A DNA stretch of 64,000 nt. It comes from an uncultured Acidobacteriota bacterium. GTDB taxonomy: Bacteria > Acidobacteriota > UBA6911 > RPQK01 > JAPXNP01. Both the position numbers and the translations under genes were made by a program. The stretch covers positions 6,889 through 70,888 of the forward strand of contig CAZGEH010000016.1 of NCBI GenBank assembly GCA_964524795.1, in the 5' to 3' direction. Below, in pieces: positions 18,597-28,478 of the stretch (positions are counted from its first letter, which is position 1; each line of letters opens with the position of its first letter). Under the pieces are notes generated by a model that had not been told where the DNA came from, did no database searches, and worked only from the letters and a program-made list of their open reading frames with translations.

Positions 18597-21500
18597 CAGC
18601 TCGACAATTGCCACAGCAGTCAGTCCGCTGACAACATCCCGGGCCTCCACACGCCACGCACCCCGGGCGTCGTTTTCCGCAAACGGGATCGTGAACCGTC
18701 CCGCACCATCCCGGATATCCGCGTTGCCAGAGTAGTACCGCACCAGCTTTCCGGCAGGATCGAAGACGCGGATCACCACCACCGAGCGGTCCACCGGACG
18801 CCCCTGCTCATCCCGCAGACTCAGGACCAGCTCCGGGCCGATCCGCAACTCGGCGATCCGGCTGTCCCGTTCCACGATCAGTACAGGTTCCGCTGGACCG
18901 GCCGCGACCACCGGGGCGGCGAGCCGGGACCGCAACAGGTCGTAACGGATCCGGTTCGATGCGGGCAACCCAACCTCGACAGCCTTCTCGGGCAGGAAGC
19001 CGTAAACCGTCGCGGAGCCGAAACGCCGCACTGTGGTCAATCCCTGGGCTTGGACCGGAAAGGCGGAAACCACCGGGATCGGGCCCGGCGCACCCAGCCG
19101 GACGAAGCCCGGCGGCAGTGTCTGCCACAGCTGCTGGCGGCGCCAGCGGTTCTTCTCATCCATTTTCCCCACGTGCTCGTCCACGAAGACGCGGCCGCCA
19201 TGGGCTGCGAACGCCTCGATGGCGGCCGCCTCACGATCGGAAAGGGAGATCGAATAGGGGAGGATCAGAACCCGGTACCGTGACAGCTCTCCCGCTTCGA
19301 TCTGGGGCGTCGCCAGGAACCGGAACTGCAACCCCTGGGACTCGAGCTGCTTGACCCATGCCTCCCGCCGCCTCATCAACTCGGCGAAGTTCTTCGATGT
19401 CCGTTCCGCCGACTGGACGCCTTCGACGATGCGGCCATCGGTGATCCAGGCACCGCGGATACTGGCCATGGAGAAGTGGATCGCCACGCCGTCCTCCTGT
19501 ACGGGAGCGTTCATGAAGATCCGGCCGATTCCGGACTGCAGCCGGCCGATCACCTGGCCCAGGGCGGAACCCTGTTCACTGAAGGTCAGGTCCGGATTCA
19601 GCAGGGTGTAGTGCCAGAAGATGGACGCCCCGGAATGGCCGTAGAACAGCCTTTCCCACACCTCGTGCTGCACCTGGTCCCCGACCAGACCGTAGCCGGT
19701 GAAACCGGTCAGCTTCAGCCCAGGGCGAAACAGGTGATGCATGGCGTCCTGGCTCCCGCCCGAGTAGGGCTGCAGATAGTCCGCCACCTGGTCGATCTCG
19801 TACCAGTTGCAGCCATTGTGCGGGGTCGGGATCTGGGTTCCCGAGAAGGAGGGGCGTGCCCCGGGATCGAACTCGCGGGCGATCTCTCCGCCCCGGGCGA
19901 TGGTACGGATGAAGGCCTCCTCCATGAAGATCCGGTGTTCGGCCCAGGGGGCGTAGTTGCCGTGCTGCTGCGCTTCCTCCGTGGTCATGGGCGCCACCGC
20001 ATTCCAATCGCCGAAAGCGGTTCCCCAGGCCAGATTCAGTTCATCCAGGGAACTGTACCGGCCGCGCAGCCATCGCCGGAACGCTTCGAGATCGGCCGGT
20101 GACCAGTCGACGTCAAACGCGTCGGCATAACACGTCACCGAGGACTCGTCGGCGAGGTAATAGGCGAAGGGCTTCAGCGGGATGACGTCTCCGACCGAGC
20201 TGCGGAAGCGTTCCCGCATCCGCTCTTCCAGATCGGGGGCGTGCAGGGAAACGTCCCGGGTCAGGTACTGCTTGTCCCTGGTCCTCAAGTATTCCGCCTT
20301 GCGCTCCTCGTAGTTCCCGCGCCGGTACCAGTAAATCCCGAAGACCGGGTCGTGAACGCTGGCGATGATCCGGAAGTTGCGTTCGGGATCCTCCAGCGTC
20401 GTGATGCCGATCCGCCGGAACTGTTCATCCAGGGCCGGAATCCAGGGTTGGTATGAGTTCGGCCCGTACCAGGGGAGGATGACCTCGTAGTCTTCCCACT
20501 CCCGCGACGAGGCTGCAAAGCGCACCGCCGTTCTCAGCTCGGCCGTACCCACCCGGATCCTCACGACGCCGCCGTGAGTCAGCGGGCGTCCCAGCCTGAC
20601 GTTGACCGAGCGCCGCCCGGATCCCGGCGACACAGCGGACCCCAAACGGCGGCCGAATCCATCCTCCACCGACACGTCGGCCGGACCGGTGGAGCTGAAG
20701 CTGACCTGGGCGGTCTGCCCTTCCTCCAGCACCTCCGGGCGGACGGACACCGCCTCGATGCGGTCGGGCTGGGGGACGTCCACCACCGGGATCCTCCAGT
20801 CAGCCGGAACCCGCTGCTCCAGGAAATAGCGTCCCGGGGCGAGCCCGGGAAATGACGGCGGAGCGCCTGTGCCTTCGCGCAGCAGCGCACCCCGCTCCGC
20901 CCGCAGGCTCCACCGGGCCGTAGCGGCACTGAAGTCCGGGGCAGACGCCGGTTCCCGCCGGCCTGCGTAGATGAGGGCACGGCACAGCCACGAGTAGAAG
21001 TATTCCCAGTAGACGTCCACGTCCCGGACCATGGCGCGCAGCATGGGCATGCGCCAACTGATGCCGATGTTCCGGTAACCGAACGCCACCACCCGGCCGC
21101 GGCCGACCTCTCCTACCGCCAGCACTGGTGTCCCTGATTCCGCAGCCACCAGGACCTGGGCCCCCGGCGCCGCGGAGTACCGGTAGTGCTCCAGAAGGTC
21201 GAAGGGGAAACTCTCGACCGGAATCCCGCGGACCAGCCAGTGATCCGCCTGGACCCGCCAGGGAGAGGATTCCACCTGCGGCTCAAGCGGTCGGTCCGAA
21301 TCATCTTCGCCCGACGGACGCGGTGGTTCGGCCAGGATGAGGGGGGACAGACCAGGGTCAAACGGACGGATCAGAACCAGGCCGCAGCCCGCCTCCACCC
21401 GGCGGCGCAGCGCCTGCCAGCCCGCCTCGGACAGGGCATTGCGCCCATGGTGGAGGGGCAGCAGGATCACGTCGAAGGTCTTATCGCCGGCCAGCTCTTC

Positions 21501-21869
21501 CTCCAGATAGGAGTAAATCAGTGCGAGATCTCCCTGTTCGGCCCGGGCACCGTAGTCATCACCGAAGGCCATGGTCCACTTGTTGACGTCCCACGCCGGA
21601 TCGATGCTCACGGTGGTCAATTCCATCGGCAGCCGCTGCGCCAGCTCCACCAACGTCCTTCCTTCCTGGACGCTGGGTACCGCCAGCACCCGCAGGGGCG
21701 GGCCGGGCAACTCGGCGCCCCACGGGACGCTGGGTGTCCGGATCTCCATCGTGTAAGGGGCTTCAAACCGGCGGCCCCCGCCTTCGCGCCTTCCCATTCC
21801 CACATCCTGGGCCGCCACAGCGACCGACGAGCACAGGAACACAACGGTCAGCCAATGTCTGTGAGTCAT
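18582..21869 (-). CDS. Large secreted multidomain protein with GH42-like catalytic and trimerisation regions
   Basis: Signal peptide MTHRHWLTVVFLCSSVAVAAQ; YYLADESS, PWAEHRIFME, YLQPYS, then YRVLILPYSISLS...GGRVFVDE (trimerisation-like). Confidence 0.6.
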   Translation of the reverse strand: MTHRHWLTVVFLCSSVAVAAQDVGMGRREGGGRRFEAPYTMEIRTPSVPWGAELPGPPLRVLAVPSVQEGRTLVELAQRLPMELTTVSIDPAWDVNKWTMAFGDDYGARAEQGDLALIYSYLEEELAGDKTFDVILLPLHHGRNALSEAGWQALRRRVEAGCGLVLIRPFDPGLSPLILAEPPRPSGEDDSDRPLEPQVESSPWRVQADHWLVRGIPVESFPFDLLEHYRYSAAPGAQVLVAAESGTPVLAVGEVGRGRVVAFGYRNIGISWRMPMLRAMVRDVDVYWEYFYSWLCRALIYAGRREPASAPDFSAATARWSLRAERGALLREGTGAPPSFPGLAPGRYFLEQRVPADWRIPVVDVPQPDRIEAVSVRPEVLEEGQTAQVSFSSTGPADVSVEDGFGRRLGSAVSPGSGRRSVNVRLGRPLTHGGVVRIRVGTAELRTAVRFAASSREWEDYEVILPWYGPNSYQPWIPALDEQFRRIGITTLEDPERNFRIIASVHDPVFGIYWYRRGNYEERKAEYLRTRDKQYLTRDVSLHAPDLEERMRERFRSSVGDVIPLKPFAYYLADESSVTCYADAFDVDWSPADLEAFRRWLRGRYSSLDELNLAWGTAFGDWNAVAPMTTEEAQQHGNYAPWAEHRIFMEEAFIRTIARGGEIAREFDPGARPSFSGTQIPTPHNGCNWYEIDQVADYLQPYSGGSQDAMHHLFRPGLKLTGFTGYGLVGDQVQHEVWERLFYGHSGASIFWHYTLLNPDLTFSEQGSALGQVIGRLQSGIGRIFMNAPVQEDGVAIHFSMASIRGAWITDGRIVEGVQSAERTSKNFAELMRRREAWVKQLESQGLQFRFLATPQIEAGELSRYRVLILPYSISLSDREAAAIEAFAAHGGRVFVDEHVGKMDEKNRWRRQQLWQTLPPGFVRLGAPGPIPVVSAFPVQAQGLTTVRRFGSATVYGFLPEKAVEVGLPASNRIRYDLLRSRLAAPVVAAGPAEPVLIVERDSRIAELRIGPELVLSLRDEQGRPVDRSVVVIRVFDPAGKLVRYYSGNADIRDGAGRFTIPFAENDARGAWRVEARDVVSGLTAVAIVELGVTG

Positions 21870-21932
21870 AGAGATCTCCAGCCCGAGCGATTCCACGAGA
21901 GCAGGGCAGCCTTCGCGTGGCTGCCCGGAGAA

Positions 21933-22658
21933 TCATCCATTCCGCCCGCGGCTCTTCGGGGACGCCTGACCGTAGTAGGCGTCCGGTCCATGCTTGCGCA
22001 GGAAATGCTTGTCCAGCAGCGCCGAAGCGATCGGCTGCACTTCCGGGTTCAACGTCACCGTGTAGAAAGCGATTCGGGCAAGCTCCTCCAGGAGGATCGC
22101 CGTGTGGGCTGCCTGCCGGGCACCCGCTCCCCAGGCAAACGGTCCGTGTCCGTGTACCAGAACAGCCGGAAAACGGGAGGGGTCCAGCTCACGGAAACGC
22201 CTGACGATGACCTTGCCGGTGTTGCGCTCATAATCCTGGCGGATCTCCGCCTCCGTCATGGGTTTTGTCAGGGGAACCGGTCCGTGGAAGTAGTCGGCAT
22301 GGGTGGTGCCCAGGCAGGGGATTTCCCTTCCCGCCTGTGCCCAGGCGGTGGCGAACCGGGAATGAGTGTGAACGACTCCGCCGATGGAGGAAAACGCCTG
22401 ATACAGTTCCAGGTGGGTGGCCAGATCCGACGAAGGGCGCAGCTCGCCTTCCACCACGTTGCCGTTCAGGTCGGTCACGACCAGGTGCTCGGGCCGCAGC
22501 TCCGCATAGTCCACGCCGCTGGGTTTGATCACCACCAGGCCTGACTGGCGCAGGATTCCACTGGCGTTTCCGAAGGTGGCGATAACCAGTCCCGCCCGGA
22601 CCAGTTCCAGGTTCGCCTCCAACACTTCCCGGCGCAACTGTTCAAGTTCCTGGCTCAT
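21933..22658 (-). CDS. araD: L-ribulose-5-phosphate 4-epimerase
   Basis: TFGNAS, IKPSGVDY, PSSDLATH, GGVVHTHS, GTTHADYFHG, HFLRKHG..AYYGQ. Confidence 0.92.
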   Translation of the reverse strand: MSQELEQLRREVLEANLELVRAGLVIATFGNASGILRQSGLVVIKPSGVDYAELRPEHLVVTDLNGNVVEGELRPSSDLATHLELYQAFSSIGGVVHTHSRFATAWAQAGREIPCLGTTHADYFHGPVPLTKPMTEAEIRQDYERNTGKVIVRRFRELDPSRFPAVLVHGHGPFAWGAGARQAAHTAILLEELARIAFYTVTLNPEVQPIASALLDKHFLRKHGPDAYYGQASPKSRGRNG

Positions 22659-22680
22659 TCCGGCGGTACCTCCGGTCTGC

Positions 22681-24249
22681 TCATCCTCTCGCCAGCCGCC
22701 GCAGGGTGGGAAGAACGTCGCCCACCGCCACGGCCTCCGCATCTGGCCGGCCGAAGGCGAAGTACAGCTTGCGGTAGTGTCTGAAGAGCTCCGAGTAGAC
22801 CTCCGCCGACGCCGGGTCGGGTTCGATGACCCGGTAGTCCGGGCAGAGCTGCTGCTGTGCCTCCTCCACCGTCCCGAACAACCCGGCGATCAAGCCGGCG
22901 AAGATCGCCGAACCCAGGCTGGTCACCTCCTGCCTTGGCACCAGGACGGGCTTCTGCAGCACGTTGGCATACACCCGATTGAGGACTTCGTTCCGCTGGG
23001 GGATTCCGCCGCCGTTGATCACCCGTTCGATGCGGACCCCATGCTGAGCCAGGCGTTCCAGAATGATCCGGGTATGGAAGGCGGTCCCCTCGATGGCTGC
23101 GAACAGCTCATCCTGGGGAGTGTGAGTCAGGTTCCAGCCCAGGGTGACGCCACCCAGTTCCGGATTGACCAGCACGGTGCGGTCGCCGTTGTCCCAGGTC
23201 AGGCGCAGCAGACCGGTCTGGCCCGGACGGTAGGTCTCCAGGCCTCTGGACAGTTCGGCAACCGGGACGCCGGCCCGCCGTGCCACCGCATCGAAGATGT
23301 CTCCCGTCGCCGACAAGCCGGCCTCGATGCCGTAACAGTCGGGATGAATGGAGCCTTTGACCACCCCGCACACACCCGGGATCAGATCCACCTGGCGGGC
23401 GATGGCCATGATACAGGTGGAAGTTCCCACCACGTTGACCACATCCCCTTCCCGGACGCCGGCCCCGATGGCGTCCCAGTGGGCGTCGAATGCGCCCACC
23501 GGGATCGGAATTCCGGGACGCAGGCCCAGTCGGGCGGCCCATTCAGGGCAAAGCTCGCCGGCCTGGACGTCGGAGGTGGCATAGCGTCCGCCCAGGCGCT
23601 GGCGGATGCCCGCCAGCAGCGGGTCCACCGCCACCAGAAAGGATTCCGGAGGGAGTCCGCCCAGGGATTCGTTCCACATCCACTTGTGCCCCATGGCACA
23701 GATGCTGCGGGGGAGCCGCTCCACCTCCCGGATTCCGCACAGCACCGCCGCCACCATGTCGCAGTGTTCCACCGCGGTGACCAGGCGCGAGCGTTTTTCT
23801 GGATTGTGACGGAGCCAATGCAGCAGCTTGGCGAACCCCCACTCGGATGAGTAGGTTCCGCCATACCAGCGGATCGCCTCCAGGCCCTGCTCGTGGGCCA
23901 CCCGGGTGATCAGCGCGGCTTCCTCCTTGGCCCGGTGGTCACACCACAGGTAGTAGTCGTCCAGCGGCTCCAGTCCGTCGCCCACCGGCAGCACCGTGGA
24001 GCCGGTGGTGTCCAGGGCCATGGCCAGGACCTCGCTGCCCCTGACTCCGGACTGGGCCAAAGCCGCCTGGGTAGCCCGGACCAAGGCATCCATGTGGTCC
24101 TGGTGGCGCTGGGTGGCGAAGTCCGGGTCGTCCCGCCGGCGCAGCAGCGGATACTCCGCCACCGCCGATCCCAGGCGTCCCCGCTCGCTGTCCACCAGCG
24201 AAACCCTGACGCTCAGCGTTCCAAAATCGACTCCCGCTACAATTCCCAT
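22681..24249 (-). CDS. araB: Ribulokinase (FGGY family)
   Basis: GVDFGTLSVR, DTTGST, LWCDHRA, YSSEWGFAK, DAHWDAIGAG, GTSTC. Confidence 0.85.
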   Translation of the reverse strand: MGIVAGVDFGTLSVRVSLVDSERGRLGSAVAEYPLLRRRDDPDFATQRHQDHMDALVRATQAALAQSGVRGSEVLAMALDTTGSTVLPVGDGLEPLDDYYLWCDHRAKEEAALITRVAHEQGLEAIRWYGGTYSSEWGFAKLLHWLRHNPEKRSRLVTAVEHCDMVAAVLCGIREVERLPRSICAMGHKWMWNESLGGLPPESFLVAVDPLLAGIRQRLGGRYATSDVQAGELCPEWAARLGLRPGIPIPVGAFDAHWDAIGAGVREGDVVNVVGTSTCIMAIARQVDLIPGVCGVVKGSIHPDCYGIEAGLSATGDIFDAVARRAGVPVAELSRGLETYRPGQTGLLRLTWDNGDRTVLVNPELGGVTLGWNLTHTPQDELFAAIEGTAFHTRIILERLAQHGVRIERVINGGGIPQRNEVLNRVYANVLQKPVLVPRQEVTSLGSAIFAGLIAGLFGTVEEAQQQLCPDYRVIEPDPASAEVYSELFRHYRKLYFAFGRPDAEAVAVGDVLPTLRRLARG

Positions 24250-24282
24250 GCTCAGCTCCGCTCAACGGCCTGCCGACCAGGC

Positions 24283-25692
24283 TCACTGGTGCCAATAGAT
24301 TTCCCAGCCCAGGTAATTGGAGGCTGCTTCATTGAAGATCCCTGCCACCGAGGAAAGGTTGGCGGCCACATGGTGCTCGAAGCCGTTCTCGCAGATGAAG
24401 CGGAGGAGGTCCTGCAGATTCGGGATCTCCGCCACCCCGTATCCGCCGAAGGTGTGGAGCGGGTCGTTGGTGAAACGTCCTTCGCCGACATAACCCGTGA
24501 TCGTACCGTTGAGCTCGTCGGTGGAGATCCGGGCGTAGGTCATGGGTCCCGCCTTGACCCGGCCGACCACCGTGCCGAAGGTGTTCTCCTTCCCCACCGA
24601 GCCCGCGATGATCTCCTGGTAGTCCATCACCACGTCCTCAAAGAAGTGCTTTGGCAGGTTCGAGCAGTGGAAACACACCGTCTTGTCAGGATCGTCCCCG
24701 TAGTTGTTGTTCCAGTCGAGCAGCGCGCTGGGTGTCCCCGAAGCGAGTTGCAGAGCATACATCGCCACCACTCCGCAGACGTCCACCTCGCATGCCGCCG
24801 GCAACAGCGAATTGCTCATCATGCTCATCATGGTGCAGGGGACGACTCCGTAATACTGCTCGAGGGCGGTCCAGCATTGGACGGCGCTCATGGTGACCTG
24901 GGTTTCCTGCATCCAGGCTTCCACCACGGCCGCCAGTTTGGCCATGCGCAGGAGGGATTCGGCGGGCACTCCCGAGGTGGGGACATAAGCACGGATCTGT
25001 TCCAGCTTCTGGGTGACAGCGGGGTCGGAATCCGCCAACCGCCCGATTCTGCCCAGGATCTCGGACAGATCCACCGTTTCCACCGAGATCCCGGCGGACT
25101 CCAGCAGTTTCTCGCTGTAGCGGACGGTGTTGAAGGCCGCCGGACGGGCGCCGATGGCCCCGATCCGGGCACCCTGCAGACCCCTGACGACACGGCAGAC
25201 TCCGCTGAACCACTCCAGGTCCCGGCGGAACTCGTCCGAATCGGGTTGGACAGTATGGCGCCGGGTCAGGGAGTAAGGGATTCCGTACTGGCGCAGGTTG
25301 TTGCAGACCGACATTTTGCCGCAGAAGCTGTCGCGCCGGTACTGAATGCTCATGCGTGAGGAATTGTCGGGTGTAGCCTGGACCAGGACCGGAACATCCA
25401 GGCCGGCCATGCGCAGGGTATCCGCCACCGCCCGCTCGTCGCCGAAATTGGGCAGCGAGACGATCACCCCATCGATCTCGTCCCGGTGACGGCGAAACAG
25501 ATCGGCACAACGTCTGGCTTCCGCCCGAGTCTCGATGGCGCCGTACTTGGTCTCCTCCGGACCCACGGCAATTGCCCGAATGCCCGCCTTCTCCAGGACG
25601 GACAACATCTCCTCCCGGCCCTCTTTGGCCAGTTGATCGGGGAAGAAGCCGCGGTTTCCGATGATGACACCCATCGTCAGGTTGGACTTCAT
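24283..25692 (-). CDS. L-fucose/L-arabinose isomerase family protein
   Basis: LPNFGDE, RRDSFCGKMS, ACEVD, FHCSN, GFEHHVA. Confidence 0.8.
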   Translation of the reverse strand: MKSNLTMGVIIGNRGFFPDQLAKEGREEMLSVLEKAGIRAIAVGPEETKYGAIETRAEARRCADLFRRHRDEIDGVIVSLPNFGDERAVADTLRMAGLDVPVLVQATPDNSSRMSIQYRRDSFCGKMSVCNNLRQYGIPYSLTRRHTVQPDSDEFRRDLEWFSGVCRVVRGLQGARIGAIGARPAAFNTVRYSEKLLESAGISVETVDLSEILGRIGRLADSDPAVTQKLEQIRAYVPTSGVPAESLLRMAKLAAVVEAWMQETQVTMSAVQCWTALEQYYGVVPCTMMSMMSNSLLPAACEVDVCGVVAMYALQLASGTPSALLDWNNNYGDDPDKTVCFHCSNLPKHFFEDVVMDYQEIIAGSVGKENTFGTVVGRVKAGPMTYARISTDELNGTITGYVGEGRFTNDPLHTFGGYGVAEIPNLQDLLRFICENGFEHHVAANLSSVAGIFNEAASNYLGWEIYWHQ

Positions 25693-25734
25693 AGTGTTCT
25701 CCTTCTCGGCGGGTTTGTACCGGAAAGCCGGCCG

Positions 25735-26100
25735 TCAGGCAAGCCCGACCGGCGAGCGGAGGGCGGCTCGAAGGGCATCCAGGGCGACATCGATGCCGTG
25801 CAGCTTGTGCGAGGGGAGGCTCTCGAGAAATTCGAGGACCTGAGTCTGACCCAGACGGCCCGCCTCATCGGGACTCCTGCCCAGCACCAGTTGACGAACC
25901 GCCGCCGCCGCCGCTACCGCCGCCGGGCACCCATCGGCCCGAAAACCGCAGTCAGCGATGCGTCCCGCCCGGCACACCAGGTCGAACTCGACGACGTCGC
26001 CGCACACCGGGTTGTCGGCTCTGCCCCGGTGGGTGCAGTGCGCCAGGCCGCCCCTGCCCTCCAGACTGGCCAGAAGTTCACGGACTTTGGGCGAATACAT
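25735..26100 (-). CDS. iscU: IscU/NifU N-terminal-like scaffold protein
   Basis: NPVCGD and GCPAAVAA motifs; coupled to the cysteine desulfurase; third Cys site reads KLHG. Confidence 0.7.
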   Translation of the reverse strand: MYSPKVRELLASLEGRGGLAHCTHRGRADNPVCGDVVEFDLVCRAGRIADCGFRADGCPAAVAAAAAVRQLVLGRSPDEAGRLGQTQVLEFLESLPSHKLHGIDVALDALRAALRSPVGLA

Positions 26101-27266
26101 CAGCGATGCACCGCCCTGGAGAAGGAGGTCTCCCGGATCCGCTTCAGGGCCCCCGGCGCGGCCTCCAGCACGTAGTCGATCTCCTCGTCCGTGGTCATGC
26201 GGCTAAGGCTGAACCGGATGGCTCCCTGGATCCGCAGGCGATCGAGGCCCATTCCCGTCAGCACGTGGGAGGGCGAAACCGACCCGGAAGCGCAGGCTGC
26301 CCCTGTGGAGACAGCGATCCCAAGGAAGTCCAGTGCCACCAGGATGGTCTCGCCCTCCAGGCCCACGAAACTGAGGTTGGTGACATGGGGTGCCCGGTGT
26401 TCACGCGTCCCATTGACGCGGGCGGCTGGGTCGGCCGCCAGCAGTCCTGCCTCGAGGCGGTCCCTTAATCGGGCGACCCGGCGGCCGAACTCTTCCAGGT
26501 GACGTCCCGCCTCAACACAGGCCCGCCCCAAACCGACAATGCCCGGCACATTCTCGGTCCCGCCGCGACGGTTGCGTTCGTGCCCGCCTCCCAGCAGAAA
26601 CGGCCGGAAATTCACTCCCTCCCTGACGTAGAGTGCCCCCACACCTTTGGGTCCGTGGAGCTTGTGCGCCGAGATCGAGAGCAGATCGACTCCGAGATCC
26701 CCAACCCGTACCGGCAGTTTTCCCACTGCCTGGACGGCGTCGCTATGGGTGACGATGCCCCGCTGCCGGCACAGCTCGGCCACCTCCCGAACCGGCTGGA
26801 TGACACCGGTCTCATTGTTGACGTGCATCAACGACACCAGCACAGTGTCCGCCCGGAGGGCGGCCTCGACTGCACCGGCATCAACCCTTCCATCGGTGCC
26901 GGCGGGCAGTCGGGTCACCTCGAAGCCGATCTCCTCGAGACGGTCGCAGGCTCTCAGAACAGCCGGATGTTCGATCAGCGAGGTGACGATGTGGCGTCCG
27001 CGCAGCCGGAGCACTTCGGCCACCCCAAGGATGGCTGTGTTGTCGGCCTCGGTTCCCCCACAGGTGAACAGAATTTCCCGGGGGATCGCTCCGATCAGAT
27101 CCGCCACCCGCTCCCGGGCCTCCTCCACGGCGGCGCGAGCCTGTTGTCCCCACGTGTGTATGGAGGACGCGTTGCCGAAACGCTCCCCGAGGTAGGGCAG
27201 CATCTCTTCCAGCACCGCCGGATCCACCGGGGTGGTGGCGTTGTTGTCCAGATAGGCGCCAGACAT
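26100..27266 (-). CDS. iscS: Cysteine desulfurase (IscS/NifS group I)
   Basis: YLDNNATT, HSDAVQ, SAHKLHGPKG (PLP Lys), STGAACASG (catalytic Cys). Confidence 0.92.
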   Translation of the reverse strand: MSGAYLDNNATTPVDPAVLEEMLPYLGERFGNASSIHTWGQQARAAVEEARERVADLIGAIPREILFTCGGTEADNTAILGVAEVLRLRGRHIVTSLIEHPAVLRACDRLEEIGFEVTRLPAGTDGRVDAGAVEAALRADTVLVSLMHVNNETGVIQPVREVAELCRQRGIVTHSDAVQAVGKLPVRVGDLGVDLLSISAHKLHGPKGVGALYVREGVNFRPFLLGGGHERNRRGGTENVPGIVGLGRACVEAGRHLEEFGRRVARLRDRLEAGLLAADPAARVNGTREHRAPHVTNLSFVGLEGETILVALDFLGIAVSTGAACASGSVSPSHVLTGMGLDRLRIQGAIRFSLSRMTTDEEIDYVLEAAPGALKRIRETSFSRAVHR

Positions 27267-27361
27267 GAACGAATGATACCACCGGCCGGCGAAGTGCCTT
27301 GACGGGGCCGAGACGGCATCTTATCTGCAAAAGCGCTGGCGGTTGGGGATTGGGTTCAAGC

Positions 27362-27390
27362 TTGACAACCGCTGCATCCGATCTTAGATC
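27362..27390 (+). promoter_or_regulatory. Putative sigma70-type promoter of hsp20
   Basis: Exact TTGACA at 27362-27367, 17-bp spacer, TAGATC at 27385-27390. Confidence 0.55.
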
Positions 27391-27453
27391 GAGAGCAGAA
27401 ACGACATTCGAATAGAGTGTCAGAGGAATTGAAATAGCTCTTTAATGTAGGAG

Positions 27454-27894
27454 GTGATTGCCATGTTGAATCTGCTGCCTGTCAAAAGGAGCCGGCTGGT
27501 TCCCGATGTCGTCTCCCGGGTCTTCGATGATCCGTTCTTCCGGTTCTTCGAGGATCTGACAACTCGCGACTGGTTGCCGGCCGCCGAGGTGGTCGAGAAC
27601 GAGAACGCCATGATCTTTACGTTCGAAGTTCCCGGCCTCGAGCAGAAAGACATCAACATCAGCATGGAGAACGGCATGCTGACCATTTCCGGCGAGAAAG
27701 TCAGCACCGAGCACAAGGAGACGGACTATCTCCGTTCCGAGCGCTGGTACGGCAAGTTCTCCCGGAGCTTCAGCCTGCCGCCCTCGGTGGACACCGCCAA
27801 CGTCTCGGCGCAGTTGCGCAACGGCATCCTCACCGTGACTGTGCCGAAGAAGGAAGAGGCGCGACCGAAGAAAGTGGAGATCCGGGTTTCCTGA
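27454..27894 (+). CDS. Hsp20/alpha-crystallin small heat shock protein
   Basis: EVPGLEQKDI, LTISGEK, ERWYGKFSRSFSLP, NGILTVTVPK; AGGAGG RBS nearby (start may be ATG 27463). Confidence 0.92.
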   Translation: MIAMLNLLPVKRSRLVPDVVSRVFDDPFFRFFEDLTTRDWLPAAEVVENENAMIFTFEVPGLEQKDINISMENGMLTISGEKVSTEHKETDYLRSERWYGKFSRSFSLPPSVDTANVSAQLRNGILTVTVPKKEEARPKKVEIRVS

Positions 27895-27906
27895 AGCAGA
27901 CCTTCC

Positions 27907-27945
27907 CCGGGGTGCGGTTTCCGGACAGCCGCACCCCGGTCTTTC
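27907..27945 (+). terminator. Intrinsic terminator after hsp20
   Basis: CCGGGGTGCGG / CCGCACCCCGG 11-bp stem followed by TCTTTC. Confidence 0.7.
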
Positions 27946-27966
27946 GTTCCTGCCAGGAAACTCCCC

Positions 27967-28006
27967 ACCTTTGAACCTTTAAACCTTTAAACCTTTGAAC
28001 CTTTGA
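27967..28006 (+). repeat. Tandem 8-mer ACCTTT(G/A)A x5
   Basis: acctttga acctttaa acctttaa acctttga acctttga. Confidence 0.85.
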
Positions 28007-28023
28007 AGCTTTCCTCGCCCCGC

Positions 28024-28401
28024 TCAGGCCAAGGCGATCACATCAATCTCCACATCGATTCCCATGGGCAGATCCGCCGCCTGGATGGTTGTTCGGGCCG
28101 GCGGAACCGATCCCATATACTGCCCGTACACTTCATTCATTCTCTTGAAGTTTGCCAGATCCCGCAGATAGATATTCGTCTTGACCACCTTCTCGAAAGA
28201 TGATCCGGCTGCCGCCAGGATCGATCTGATGTTGCGCATGGTTTGGTGTACCTGTTCCTCGATGGATCCCCTCAGGATCTCCCCTGTCTCCGGCACCACC
28301 GGTCCCTGGCCTGAAACAAACACCAGACCGTTCGCCCGAATCGCCAACGAATAGGGACCCGCCGGCGGCGGGCCGTTCTTGACCACAATCTGCTCTTTCA
28401 T
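28024..28401 (-). CDS. ridA: RidA/YjgF family enamine deaminase
   Basis: GPYSLAI, FVSGQ, VVKTNIYL, PARTTIQA..LP....VEID. Confidence 0.88.
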   Translation of the reverse strand: MKEQIVVKNGPPPAGPYSLAIRANGLVFVSGQGPVVPETGEILRGSIEEQVHQTMRNIRSILAAAGSSFEKVVKTNIYLRDLANFKRMNEVYGQYMGSVPPARTTIQAADLPMGIDVEIDVIALA

Positions 28402-28478
28402 TCCGGCTCCTCTTCCCTTAACCTGAACGGGCTGTCCAGTTCGGACGGACCGCTCCATAGTAGACGCGAGGTGACGAG

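Noticed and set aside
18121-18735. ORFs with PVTPLPRY/N repeats, and a possible CRISPR reading of the array
   Set aside because: These are translations of the 8-mer array. There are no unique spacers and no cas genes.
27403-27421. CIRCE/HrcA operator call upstream of hsp20
   Set aside because: Spacer is 5 nt, not 9, and the TTAG/CTAA ends are missing. Kept only as an unnamed inverted repeat.
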